Source: an uncultured delta proteobacterium (GTDB taxonomy: Bacteria > Desulfobacterota > RBG-13-43-22). From it: DNA of 64,000 bases. Below, in pieces: positions 49,294 to 59,321 of this stretch. Where the stretch lies: contig CAWBOS010000006.1 in the NCBI GenBank assembly GCA_963790475.1, positions 608,001-672,000 on the forward strand, in the 5' to 3' direction. Numbering within the stretch: the first letter of the stretch is position 1; each line of letters begins with the position of its first letter. The translations under genes were made by a program, and so were the position numbers. The notes beneath the pieces were generated by a model. That model saw nothing but the letters and a program-made list of their open reading frames with translations. It made no database searches and was not told the DNA's origin.

Positions 49294-51870
49294 TCATTCC
49301 TCCCGGATCATTTCCCGGGTACTCTTCCGTGCGGCCATGGCGGCAGGAATCCAGCCGGAAAGTAGGGAACCCAGGACTATGATGCCCAGGGTTTGGAGAT
49401 AAATCAGCCAGGACCAATGAAAAGGGATGGTCCAACCAAAGGATTGTTTATTGATAACATAGATCAGGATCAGCGACATAAATGTTCCGGCGATCCCTCC
49501 CCAGATAAAGCTGAAAAGACCCATCAGGGTAGTTTCCGTCAAGATCATCCGACGGATTTGGCCCGGCAAAGCCCCCAGGGCTTTAAGTATCCCCAATTCC
49601 TTCTCTCGAAAAAGAATGGAAATGGAACTGGAATGGAGGATACCCAAAAAGGCCACCAGGATGGCAATGGCCTCCAGGACATAGGTGATCTGGAAGGTTT
49701 GATCAAAAATATTCAGGATCTGGTCTCTCAACTCCTTGTTGGAAATGATCACCAGGGAAACCCGTCCGGCAAATCTTTTATTAATCGACTCCCGAACCTG
49801 ATGGATCCGGGCCGGGTCTTTCAGATAAACGCGCACCCCGTTGATCCGAGGATCCTTCCAATATTTAAGGAAAAGATGCCGATCCATCCAGACCGCCCCC
49901 CCCTCGGTCCGGTAATCATAAAATATCCCGGCCACCAAGAAAGGACGAGGCCCTTCGGCGGTCATCAGTTTAAGCCTGGCCCCTTGCTTCAGGCCCAGTT
50001 GGTTGGCCAGGACTTCGGAGACAAGGATGTCTTCTCCGGTCAGGGTTTTTTGAAAAATCTCTTCACTCTTTCCCCCGGTGAAAGCCAGTCCCCCATGACG
50101 CTCAATGACCGCCAGATCCCCTGACCAGAGTCGTACCGGAAAACCCTTCAACTCGGTGATCATTCCCCGGTATTTGTAAATCTCATCAATTTCTTTTATG
50201 CTTTCAATTTCCCGAAGGACCTCCGGCTGCAGGAACTGGGAAAAGGCCTGATTGGAAAGAGACACCGGTCCGACAAATAGATCGCCGCTGACCGATTGGC
50301 CGATCCAGTTATCCACCGCCTGCCGGAAGCTTCGGATCATCAGGCTGACACTGATCAGCATGGCAATGGCAATCATCAAGGCGGCCATGCCCACGGCCAT
50401 CCGACTCAAGTAACGGTTTATATAATTCACTCCCAGCCAGGCCGACAGTAAATTATTTTTCCCATGAAAGCCCAAAGATAAAATCCGGTTGATTCCTCCC
50501 CGAACGAAATCGGGCAATAAAAAAGAAAATCCCAGGGTCAGGGCCAGTGTGGCCGAGAATCCTCCGACAGGCCAGTTATTCCAAGGCGGAAGCCCGGTCA
50601 AAAGAAGGGCCAGACCGAGCAATCCCAATCCCCGGTAGAGATTTTTCCGGTTTCGTTTTCGTCCCAGATCGATCAACCCCGGTCTCTGATAAATAACCTC
50701 ACGGGGTTCGAGTTTGGCCGCTTGCCTGGCCGGAATATAGGCCGAGGCCACGGAAAAGAGCATGGAAAAGAAAATCATTAACCCGGCTTCCCAAAAAGAG
50801 AAAGGGATTGCCCTGACTCCGATCAGGACATACAAGTTGGTGATGGTTCGGGAGACGGTTTCCAAAAGAAGCCCGGCCAGCAAGGTCCCTCCGCCAACGC
50901 CTATCAGTCCGCCGATCAGTCCAAAACCCGCGGCTTCAAGAAGGACCAAAAGCAGGACCTGTCCGGGCAGCATCCCGAGAGATCTTAAGATCCCCAATTC
51001 CTTTCGCCTCCGGACTACGGAAAGGGAAGCGGTATTGTAAATAAGATACATACTGACCAGCACGGCAATAAAACTCAAAGCCGTCAGATTCAATTGATAA
51101 GAATGGATCATTCGTTCCGTCCCTTTTTCCCGATCGGCCGGCTGGATCAGACGGACCCCCCGGGGAATGACTTTTTCCAGTTCCCGAATCTGGTTACTTT
51201 CTGTCCCCCCTTCCTTCAACAAAAGGTCAATGCGATCCAGGACTCCGATTTTTCCAAAAATCTCTTGGGCCTGGGCGATATCCATGAGACCAAAATGGCC
51301 TTCCAAAGCCTGAGCCGGCCCTTCGGCTTCCATAAGCACGGCAACCGTCAGTTTTTTAGGAAGTCCATTGACCAGGATGGTCAAGACGTCCCCTTTTTTG
51401 ATTCCATAACGCGCGGCGAAAACTCGGGTAAGGCCGATGGACCGGGGGATGGTCAACAAAGACAGCAACTCCTCTCCCTTTAATGAAGAAAGGGAATCGG
51501 AATAGCGGCGGATTCCGGCTTCGGAAAAGAAATCCACCCCCATGATCCAGATCATTTGATCAGGCCAACGGGACAGGGAGGCCTTAAACTCGACCACCGG
51601 GGCGGCTGCCTGAATAACCGGGTGTGTTTTTATGATCGGGAAGAGGCGCTCATCGATTTCTCTCCCTTCCTGAACAAGCTGCCACCCCGCCTTCCCTGAA
51701 AGGGCCTGAACCGTATTTTTAAAAGACTTTATGGAGGCGCCCACGGTAAGATGGATACTGACAAAAACCGAAACCCCTAAGGCCAGACCCAAAATAATCA
51801 AAAGGGATTGGCGCCAGGACTGGAGATAGTGGCGAAAAATAAAAAGGGAATAGACACGTGGGGAAGCCAT
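49294..51870 (-). CDS. Double FtsX-domain ABC permease (AttFG-like)
   Basis: GLALGV.V, MDIA.AQ, RRKELGILRSLG, IFDQTF.IT. Confidence 0.92.
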   Translation of the reverse strand: MASPRVYSLFIFRHYLQSWRQSLLIILGLALGVSVFVSIHLTVGASIKSFKNTVQALSGKAGWQLVQEGREIDERLFPIIKTHPVIQAAAPVVEFKASLSRWPDQMIWIMGVDFFSEAGIRRYSDSLSSLKGEELLSLLTIPRSIGLTRVFAARYGIKKGDVLTILVNGLPKKLTVAVLMEAEGPAQALEGHFGLMDIAQAQEIFGKIGVLDRIDLLLKEGGTESNQIRELEKVIPRGVRLIQPADREKGTERMIHSYQLNLTALSFIAVLVSMYLIYNTASLSVVRRRKELGILRSLGMLPGQVLLLVLLEAAGFGLIGGLIGVGGGTLLAGLLLETVSRTITNLYVLIGVRAIPFSFWEAGLMIFFSMLFSVASAYIPARQAAKLEPREVIYQRPGLIDLGRKRNRKNLYRGLGLLGLALLLTGLPPWNNWPVGGFSATLALTLGFSFLLPDFVRGGINRILSLGFHGKNNLLSAWLGVNYINRYLSRMAVGMAALMIAIAMLISVSLMIRSFRQAVDNWIGQSVSGDLFVGPVSLSNQAFSQFLQPEVLREIESIKEIDEIYKYRGMITELKGFPVRLWSGDLAVIERHGGLAFTGGKSEEIFQKTLTGEDILVSEVLANQLGLKQGARLKLMTAEGPRPFLVAGIFYDYRTEGGAVWMDRHLFLKYWKDPRINGVRVYLKDPARIHQVRESINKRFAGRVSLVIISNKELRDQILNIFDQTFQITYVLEAIAILVAFLGILHSSSISILFREKELGILKALGALPGQIRRMILTETTLMGLFSFIWGGIAGTFMSLILIYVINKQSFGWTIPFHWSWLIYLQTLGIIVLGSLLSGWIPAAMAARKSTREMIREE

Positions 51871-51980
51871 GGGTTATAGCCAAAAGGGAATGATGACTGA
51901 CCTAAGAGACCCGATGCCAGATGAATCCCTCCAATTCGCCAAATAAAATCTTGGCATCAACCATTTTCTTTCATTGGGCA

Positions 51981-52655
51981 TCATGAATCTTGAATTTTCC
52001 CATCCTTCAACTTGATGATTCGATTGGCCAGGGCATCGGCCTCCCGGGAATGGGTGGCGATGATAATCGTTTGTCCCTGTTTACGATTTAAATCCTTCAT
52101 AACCGAAAGTACTTGTAAACCGGTCTGGGAATCGAGGTTTCCGGTAGGCTCGTCGGCCAGGATGACCTTTGGTGAATTAATCAAGGCTCGGGCGATGGCC
52201 ACCCGCTGCTGTTCTCCTCCCGATAATTCATGGGCACGGTGGTTTCTCCGATGGCTCAGTTCCACCTGCTTCAAAAGATTTTCAACCTTGGGACGGACAT
52301 CCTCCTGAGGAAAGCCATCCAACCAGCGAGGCAGGGCAATATTTTCTTCCACCGTCAGCATGGGAATCAAATTAAAAGACTGGAAGATGGTTCCCACCTC
52401 CCGCCGCCGGAAAAGGGTCCGTTCCTTTTCTGAAAGGGGGCATATATTTTTCCCTCCCACCCAAACCTCTCCAGAGGTAGGCTGGTCCAAGGCCCCGATC
52501 AGGTTTAACAAGGTCGTTTTCCCGCAGCCGCTCTTCCCGGAAAGGATGATCATTTCTCCCGAATCAACGCACAGATCGATCCCCTGCAAGGCCCGTACTT
52601 CCCCGGCCTCGGTGGGGTAGGATTTGGAAACGTTCTTAAGTTCAATCAACGACAT
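51981..52655 (-). CDS. ABC ATP-binding protein (LolD-like)
   Basis: [25 protein letters not shown]; start MSLIELK. Confidence 0.95.
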   Translation of the reverse strand: MSLIELKNVSKSYPTEAGEVRALQGIDLCVDSGEMIILSGKSGCGKTTLLNLIGALDQPTSGEVWVGGKNICPLSEKERTLFRRREVGTIFQSFNLIPMLTVEENIALPRWLDGFPQEDVRPKVENLLKQVELSHRRNHRAHELSGGEQQRVAIARALINSPKVILADEPTGNLDSQTGLQVLSVMKDLNRKQGQTIIIATHSREADALANRIIKLKDGKIQDS

Positions 52656-52666
52656 AAAAAAACCTG

Positions 52667-52761
52667 TGACGGGTAACGAGTGACGAAAAAAATGACACGG
52701 AGACACGGGGATTGGGTGACACGAGGAAAACTTCCTTCCTCGTCTCCGGGTCCTCCTGTCT
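52667..52761. repeat. 7-mer array plus 8-mer palindromic array
   Basis: GTGACGG GTAACGA GTGACGA; TGACACGG AGACACGG GGATTGGG TGACACGA / CCTCGTCT CCGGGTCC TCCTGTCT. Confidence 0.8.
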
Positions 52762-52787
52762 ATTCCCTTTCATCAAATTGTAACTTT

Positions 52788-53165
52788 TTATCCAATCTTC
52801 CAATGCTCGGGATTGGAAATCATCTTTACCAATTTGCCTTGAATCTGGTCATAAATCCGATCTATTTCTTTGAAAAATATATTATCAATGTAACCACATC
52901 GGAAACAAAATTCAAGCCAGACTTGCGTTTCCGCAGCTTCCGCCTCGGCATCACTCAGTTTGCTGACGAAAGCATTCGGGTAACGCCTTTTTCGCCAGGC
53001 TTCAGCGATGTTTGCACATACGGAACGTGATGAACGTCTTATCTGATCCGTGAGTGAATATCTTTCTTCTATTGGGAAACTTTTGCTGGTCTCAAAAATT
53101 CTCAAAGCCCCCGCTCTGGCCAACAGATAAACCTCTAATTCCCTAAAGTGACGAATAGTTGTCAT
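52788..53165 (-). CDS. Four helix bundle protein (23S rRNA IVP/bAvd-like family)
   Basis: F.EL.VY, FP.EERYSLTDQIRRSSRSV.ANIAEAW. Confidence 0.93.
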   Translation of the reverse strand: MTTIRHFRELEVYLLARAGALRIFETSKSFPIEERYSLTDQIRRSSRSVCANIAEAWRKRRYPNAFVSKLSDAEAEAAETQVWLEFCFRCGYIDNIFFKEIDRIYDQIQGKLVKMISNPEHWKIG

Positions 53166-53211
53166 TTCCCTCCCCCTCCCCGCATCTCCCCGTCACCGTG
53201 TCTCCGTGTCT
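53166..53211 (-). repeat. 8-mer array upstream of the four helix bundle gene
   Basis: Minus strand AGACACGG AGACACGG TGACGGGG AGATGCGG GGAGGGGG. Confidence 0.85.
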
Positions 53212-53233
53212 TTCTATACACGGGAAACTTTTA

Positions 53234-54220
53234 TCAAACCATCCATCTTTTGAATTCTTCTTTGGGTGTCTTGGTCACATAAACCTCCCACTCCCGATCC
53301 CCTTGTCCCAATCGGACCGAAACAATCCGGTCTCCGGGGGCGTCGCTATAGGTCAGGCAGAGGTTGGCCAGCTTTTCCCAATCTTCCGGCCTTGCAATTT
53401 TTCCTATGGCCAGGGCCATGGGGCCGGGATGACCCATCACGCGGGCCCAGCCGTCTTCAGGATCAACCCATTTTTCGATAAATTCATTTTCTTTTTGGTT
53501 TCTCCCGATAATCACTTTGTTCTTGGAATCCAAACGAAAATGTCGGCCGGCTTTTAGAAGCTCCACTTCCCTTAAGGGAGGGTCCGGAGCGTGGGAAAAC
53601 AGTTCTTTCAGCCGGATGGAGAAGATGGGATCGGTTAAAAGACATCCCCCGGCCGGAGCAGGATAATCATTTAGTCCATACCCTTCGGCCAGGGCCATTT
53701 GCCGCTTTCGAGACCGTCCATGGATATCTAATAACCGGGAACGGTCCACCAAGCCTTCCTGCTCCGGCTTCGTTTCTTTTAGAAGGAGGGCGCTCAGGGG
53801 CCGAAGAATACGGTCAAGATGGCCGGATTCCTTTTCGACCGCCCGCAGAGATGGTTTGGTTTGAGAAAACGGTCTTTGTCCGAGGACCTCTCCGGTAAAA
53901 ATAAAATCAGCCTGAATTTCTTTCAAGTACTCTCCGGCTTTTCGAACCATGAGGGCATGGCAATCGATACAGGGGTTCATCCCCTTCCCGTAGCCGTATC
54001 GGGGCGACTTAAGCATCCCCCAATGGTCCCGGGTGATATCCAGGACCTTCAAAGGAATTTTCAATTGCTCCGCCGCCCGCATCGCCTTTTCCGCCCCGAA
54101 GAAAAGAGTGACAAAGGAAACCCCTGTGACCTGAATCCCCTGATCTAAAATGACTCGGGCGGCCAGCATACTATCCAGGCCGCCCGAGAGTAAGCCGATA
54201 GCAGTTATCGAACGTTTCAT
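53234..54220 (-). CDS. ThiI/MnmA-like PP-loop tRNA thiolation protein with DUF814-type tail
   Basis: LLSGGLDS, NPCIDCH, TGEVLGQRP.SQ, PAGGCLLT, GRHFR. Confidence 0.88.
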   Translation of the reverse strand: MKRSITAIGLLSGGLDSMLAARVILDQGIQVTGVSFVTLFFGAEKAMRAAEQLKIPLKVLDITRDHWGMLKSPRYGYGKGMNPCIDCHALMVRKAGEYLKEIQADFIFTGEVLGQRPFSQTKPSLRAVEKESGHLDRILRPLSALLLKETKPEQEGLVDRSRLLDIHGRSRKRQMALAEGYGLNDYPAPAGGCLLTDPIFSIRLKELFSHAPDPPLREVELLKAGRHFRLDSKNKVIIGRNQKENEFIEKWVDPEDGWARVMGHPGPMALAIGKIARPEDWEKLANLCLTYSDAPGDRIVSVRLGQGDREWEVYVTKTPKEEFKRWMV

Positions 54221-54238
54221 GTTTTCCTGTTCATAGAT

Positions 54239-54637
54239 TCACGCCCTCACCGATACCAGAATACATCGGCAACCGATATGCATGATCGTTTCATTAAGGA
54301 GATCGTATTCTCCAAAGGAAAAGATACGATTTTCCATCTTTTGGCAGTCCGGACAAACCAGGTTATCGCTTCGGGTCTCCCAACGAAGTCCGGCCAATTG
54401 TGTCCTCCGGGCATCGTATATTACCCGGCGCCAGACAGCTCTTTTCTCGATTTCCAGGCTTTTGGCTTTTTCCAGGGACATGGCACCCTTATAAGGCAAG
54501 TGATAATACCATTGCGGGTCCCGAACCATCAAACCTTCCATCTCCAAATGGGCGGCTTTCAAAAAATCCTGAAAATTTCTATTGCCTCCGGCGGATTTTT
54601 TTTCTTTTTTTTCTTTATCTCTTTTCCAAAACGGCAT
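54239..54637 (-). CDS. Hypothetical protein with MuF-like Cys/His motif
   Basis: WETRSDNLVCPDCQKME.RIF...HIGCRC. Confidence 0.7.
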   Translation of the reverse strand: MPFWKRDKEKKEKKSAGGNRNFQDFLKAAHLEMEGLMVRDPQWYYHLPYKGAMSLEKAKSLEIEKRAVWRRVIYDARRTQLAGLRWETRSDNLVCPDCQKMENRIFSFGEYDLLNETIMHIGCRCILVSVRA

Positions 54638-54646
54638 GGGGCCTCC

Positions 54647-55096
54647 TTAAAAAAAACCGGCTTTCTTTTTCTTTTCTAAAAACCTGATATCCAACTGATC
54701 CTCAGGACGATTGGCCCTTTTTTTGCTTTCCAGTAAATCATTCCCGGAAAGACATTTGACCGGGGTCCCATTCTCAGTTTCATGAATAACCGAACGGGTT
54801 TCTGCCAAATCGAATTTAGGCAATCCAGGTCCTCCGAGATGAAATTGGAGGATACCCCATCGAGTCTGATAGGTTTGAATAAAATTTTCTCCTTTTTCCC
54901 CAAGAGGCAGCAATGGTAGATCCAAATCATCCTTAAACAATTCATTAATTTTTTCGATATTTTGTAAGTCCTTTGGTGGGATATAAAAATCCCAGTCCAT
55001 GGAAAATCGGGGCATTCCCTCAAAACGTATGGCTTGACCGCCGATAAGCAGGTACCGGATTTTGTATTGATTGAAGAGCTTAATCAGCTCGTCCAT
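54647..55096 (-). CDS. Nucleotidyltransferase-fold protein (DUF6036-like)
   Basis: YLLIGG.A....G.PR.S.D.D, L..SK..A.RP.D..D. Confidence 0.85.
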   Translation of the reverse strand: MDELIKLFNQYKIRYLLIGGQAIRFEGMPRFSMDWDFYIPPKDLQNIEKINELFKDDLDLPLLPLGEKGENFIQTYQTRWGILQFHLGGPGLPKFDLAETRSVIHETENGTPVKCLSGNDLLESKKRANRPEDQLDIRFLEKKKKAGFF

Positions 55097-55278
55097 TTGG
55101 CACCACCTTTTTCAGCGATCTCTTCCAAGTAGCTTATTTTCCAAAGATTCATTTCTTCATAAGATTGAAACTTTTTTGCCTTGAATTTTGGTAAGGCCGC
55201 TATCCGGGGCAGAGGATTTACTCTGGGGTTATTGACCCACAAATCAAGTTTTCCAAAATAATCATCGGTGATTTTCAT
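55084..55278 (-). CDS. Small protein coupled to the nucleotidyltransferase (TA-like partner)
   Basis: 64 aa, KF.SYEEMN.W, 13-bp overlap with the next gene. Confidence 0.65.
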   Translation of the reverse strand: MKITDDYFGKLDLWVNNPRVNPLPRIAALPKFKAKKFQSYEEMNLWKISYLEEIAEKGGAKWTS

Positions 55279-55496
55279 AAGTTTCTTCTTTCAATACGCC
55301 CTAAAATCTTACCGGGGAGTATAACCAATGACTAAGTCCGGGTCAAGAAATCCCTTTGGCCCCTCGGAAATTAATCCCCTTTTTTTCGGCAACATGTTAT
55401 GATTAAAAACAAATTAACAGGGGATAACCCGTGATCACTAATTTGTCTTGAAACCCGTGAGGAGATTGAAAAAACATTCATAGGGGACGGCAAAAG

Positions 55497-58400
55497 ATGA
55501 ATAAAAAAGAGAGCGCCCAAAAACAGAGAACCAAAAAGGAACTCCTTGATGAGTTGACCGCCCTGCGGCAAGAGTTGGAAAACGTTCAATCGACCCAGGC
55601 CGAGATGAAGAAAGACAAGGAGGCTCAGGAAGAAAAGGGGAAATTCTTAACCCATATTTTTTCCAGCATCCCGGAAGGGATCAACGTCCTGGATCCCGAA
55701 ATGAATATCCTCTTCGTCAATCCCACCATGGAACGCTGGACTCCTCATGTCCGGCCATTGGTAGGCAGAAAATGTTATGAGGCCTACCACGGAAGGAGTC
55801 AACGCTGTGAGGTTTGTCCCTGCTATGAAACCTTTCAGACCGGCCAAGTGGCTAATGAAATAATTCCCGTTCTGGATACTAAGGGTGAAATCTCCGGGTG
55901 GTCCCATCACTTTAGTTTCCCTATGCTGGATCTGGAAACAGGCCGGATAAGCAGTGTGATTGAGTATATTCGTAACATTACCAAGGGAAAGCAGGCCGAG
56001 GATGCCCTCAAAGCTTCCGAGGAGAGATATCGTTCCATTCTCGAAAATCTTGCTGATGGGTATTATGAGACGGACCTGGCCGGTCATTTCACCTTTTTCA
56101 ACGATCAATTGACCAAAATATTCAGCTATACCAGAGATGAGTTGATGGGGATGGATAATCGGCAATATGCCGATGCCGAAAATGCCAAGAAGATTTATCA
56201 AGCCTTTAATCGGGTTTATCGGACAGGAGAACCGGCTATTGGTTCCCCGTTTGAAACCATTACCAAGAATAAAACCAGGCGAAATGTGGAGCTCTCCATT
56301 TCTTTAATCAGGGATGCTTCAGGAAAACCGGTCGGGTTCCGAGGCATTGCCCGGGACATCACCGATCTCATAAAAATACAGAGCGATTTAAGAGAGAGTG
56401 AAGAAAGATACCGCACCATTATCGAAACCATGGAAGACGGGTATTATGAGGTAGATCTGGCCGGCAACTTCACTTATGTAAACGAGGCCATGGCCCAGCT
56501 TACCGGCTATTCCGCTAAGGAATTGTTAGGCATTCGCACCAGCACACACACCATGCAATATACCGATGCGGAGAATGCTAAAATATTATCCCAGGCCTTC
56601 ACGCAAATTTACCGGACCGGAGAACCCTCCAAAGGGATTATTTACCGGGCCTCACACAAAAATGGGGAATGGAAAACCATATCCACTTCGGCCACTTTGA
56701 TCCGGGACGAGCAAGGTAACCCTAAAGGATTCAGGGGTATTTCCAGGGACATCACTGATCTCATATTGATTCAAAACGCTTTAAGAGAGAGCGAGGAGCG
56801 ATACCGGACCATTATTGAAACTATTGAAGACGCCTATTATGAGATGGACCTGACCGGCAACTTCACCTTTTTTAATGCAGCCATGTTTCGAATAATGGAA
56901 TATCCGATGGATGAAATGCTGGGCTTGAACTATCGGCAATTTACCGATGCCGAAAATGCCCAATTGCTATTTGAGGCCTTTAACCAGGTATATCTAACCG
57001 GGGAACCTTGCAAGAGTCTTCAGTTCAACGCCTTCAACAAAAATGGAGTGATGAAAAGCATTATAACCTCGGTATCGTTGATCCGGGATGGATCAGGGGA
57101 ACCGGTCGGGTTCCGGGGTATATCCAAGGACATTACCGAACTCATACAGATCCAAACCGATTTAAGAGCTAGCGAAGAGCGATACCGGACCATTATTGAA
57201 ACTATCGAGGACGGTTATTATGAAGTGGACCTGGCCGGCAAGGTAACCTTTTTAAATGATGCCCTGGCACGGATCAACGGCTATCCAAAGGAAAAAATGA
57301 TAGGAATGCACGCCCGTGAGTATACCGATGCCGAAAATACCGAATTATTAGATCGTGAATTTACCCAAATTTATCGTACCGGAAAACCTTCCAAAGGAAT
57401 CCTTTACGAAGTGATTACTCAAAATGGAGAAAGGAGAAGGCTTGAGACTTCTGTATCCTTGATCAGGGATTTTTCAGGACATCCGCTTGGGTTCCGGGGC
57501 ATTTCCAGAGATATTACTCCCCTCATCCAAATTCAGGAGGATTTGAGGAAGAGCGAAGAGCGATACCGGACCATTATTGAAACTATTGAAGACGGATATT
57601 TCGAGGTGGACCTAGCCGGAAACCTGACCTATTTCAACGATACCCTGGTTCGGATCCATGAGTATCCCCGGGCCGAAATGGAAAGGATGAATAACCGGCA
57701 TTATACCGATGCCGAGAATGCTAAGATATTATATAGGGCCTTTAATAAAGTTTATCGTACTGGAGAGCCCTCCAAAGGCACCCATTATGAAATCATTACC
57801 AAGGGCGGGGGAAGAAAAAATCTGGAGTCCTCGGTATCTTTGATCAGGGATTCGAATGGAAATCCGGTCGGGTTCCGGGGCATTGTCCGGGATGTCACCG
57901 AACTCAGGCAAGCCCAGAGGGCACTGCAATCCAGCGAAGAACGGTTCCGGATCGCCGCTGAAAGCACCAATGATTTTATTTATGAATGGGATCTCCAATC
58001 CGGTCAAATCGATTGGTCCGGCATGTCCGGTGCGAAATTGGGTCATATTTTAGGTGAACTCCCGCTCACGGCGGGTGAGTATGAAAAACGGATTCATCCG
58101 GAGGACCAGGAACGTTTCTCCAAGGCCGTCATAAACCATTTAAGGCAAGGAGACCCGTATCAGGAAGAATACCGGATGATAGGGAAAGAGGGGAATATTA
58201 TCCACCTGAGCGTTGCCGGCACGGGTCTGCGAGATGGTAAAGGGCGGGTCAATAAATGGATCGGGGTCATTACCGACATTACGGAGCGCAAGAATGCAGA
58301 GCAGGCCTTGCTGCGCAGTGAAGAACGGTTTCGGATCGCCGCTGAAAGCACCAATGATTTTATTTTTGAATGGGACCTCAAATCAGGTCGATTAGAATGG

Positions 58401-59318
58401 TTCGGCAATGTAGTTGAGCGGCTTGGTCATCTGTTAGGTGAAATCCCCAAAGACATAAGCACCTGGAATAAATTAACCCATCCTGAGGATCTTGAACGGC
58501 TATCAGAGGCAGTCAGAAGGCATTTAAGGCTAAGAGAACCCTATATGGAAGAATACCGGATGATCGGGAAGACTGGGGATATCATCCATGTGAGAGGGGC
58601 CGGAATGTGTCTGCGAGATGAAACAGGAAGAGGTTATAAATGGGTCGGGGCCTTGAGCGACATCACCCAACAGAAAAAAACCGAGGAAGAACTCAAGCAG
58701 AGCTTTGAAAAAGTACGCAAGGCCATGGGGGGTATCATCCAGGCCATGGCCTTGACCGTGGAAAGCAAGGACCCCTACACCGCCGGGCATCAACAGCGGG
58801 TATCCAACCTGGCCCGGACGATTGCCCAGGAAATGGGCCTGTCCAAAGACCAGGTGGAGGCGGTCCGCCTGGCCGGGGTGGTCCATGATCTGGGCAAGAT
58901 ATCGGTGCCGGCCGAAATTTTGAGTAAACCTACCAAACTCTCCGATCTCGAATTCAGCCTGATCCAAGGTCACTCACAAACCAGTTATGAAATCCTGAAA
59001 GATATCGATTTCCCCTGGCCGATTGCCCGGATCGCCCTTCAACATCATGAACGACTGAACGGTTCCGGCTACCCTGCCGGTCTTAAAGGAGATGAAATCC
59101 TTATAGAGGCCCAGGTCCTGATGGTGGCTGATGTGGTCGAGGCCATTGCCTCTCACCGGCCTTACCGGGCTGCCAGGGGGATAGATTTGGCCCTGGAGGA
59201 AATTGAAAAAAATAAAGGGGTGCTATACAACCCGACCGTGGTCGAAGCCTGTTTAAAGCTTTTCAGGGAAAAGGATTTTTCTTTGGATAGATCCCTTCTT
59301 ACTGCCGTCGGTCCATGA
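55497..59318 (+). CDS. Multi-PAS (8) HD-GYP phosphodiesterase
   Basis: One Cys-motif PAS, five SEERYR PAS, two SEERFR PAS; DPYTAGHQ, HDLGK, HHERLNGSGYP. Confidence 0.95.
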   Translation: MNKKESAQKQRTKKELLDELTALRQELENVQSTQAEMKKDKEAQEEKGKFLTHIFSSIPEGINVLDPEMNILFVNPTMERWTPHVRPLVGRKCYEAYHGRSQRCEVCPCYETFQTGQVANEIIPVLDTKGEISGWSHHFSFPMLDLETGRISSVIEYIRNITKGKQAEDALKASEERYRSILENLADGYYETDLAGHFTFFNDQLTKIFSYTRDELMGMDNRQYADAENAKKIYQAFNRVYRTGEPAIGSPFETITKNKTRRNVELSISLIRDASGKPVGFRGIARDITDLIKIQSDLRESEERYRTIIETMEDGYYEVDLAGNFTYVNEAMAQLTGYSAKELLGIRTSTHTMQYTDAENAKILSQAFTQIYRTGEPSKGIIYRASHKNGEWKTISTSATLIRDEQGNPKGFRGISRDITDLILIQNALRESEERYRTIIETIEDAYYEMDLTGNFTFFNAAMFRIMEYPMDEMLGLNYRQFTDAENAQLLFEAFNQVYLTGEPCKSLQFNAFNKNGVMKSIITSVSLIRDGSGEPVGFRGISKDITELIQIQTDLRASEERYRTIIETIEDGYYEVDLAGKVTFLNDALARINGYPKEKMIGMHAREYTDAENTELLDREFTQIYRTGKPSKGILYEVITQNGERRRLETSVSLIRDFSGHPLGFRGISRDITPLIQIQEDLRKSEERYRTIIETIEDGYFEVDLAGNLTYFNDTLVRIHEYPRAEMERMNNRHYTDAENAKILYRAFNKVYRTGEPSKGTHYEIITKGGGRKNLESSVSLIRDSNGNPVGFRGIVRDVTELRQAQRALQSSEERFRIAAESTNDFIYEWDLQSGQIDWSGMSGAKLGHILGELPLTAGEYEKRIHPEDQERFSKAVINHLRQGDPYQEEYRMIGKEGNIIHLSVAGTGLRDGKGRVNKWIGVITDITERKNAEQALLRSEERFRIAAESTNDFIFEWDLKSGRLEWFGNVVERLGHLLGEIPKDISTWNKLTHPEDLERLSEAVRRHLRLREPYMEEYRMIGKTGDIIHVRGAGMCLRDETGRGYKWVGALSDITQQKKTEEELKQSFEKVRKAMGGIIQAMALTVESKDPYTAGHQQRVSNLARTIAQEMGLSKDQVEAVRLAGVVHDLGKISVPAEILSKPTKLSDLEFSLIQGHSQTSYEILKDIDFPWPIARIALQHHERLNGSGYPAGLKGDEILIEAQVLMVADVVEAIASHRPYRAARGIDLALEEIEKNKGVLYNPTVVEACLKLFREKDFSLDRSLLTAVGP

Positions 59319-59321
59319 AGA

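Noticed and set aside
52788-53165. Diversity-generating retroelement (Avd-like gene)
   Set aside because: No reverse transcriptase and no TR/VR pair with adenine-specific mismatches in the window.
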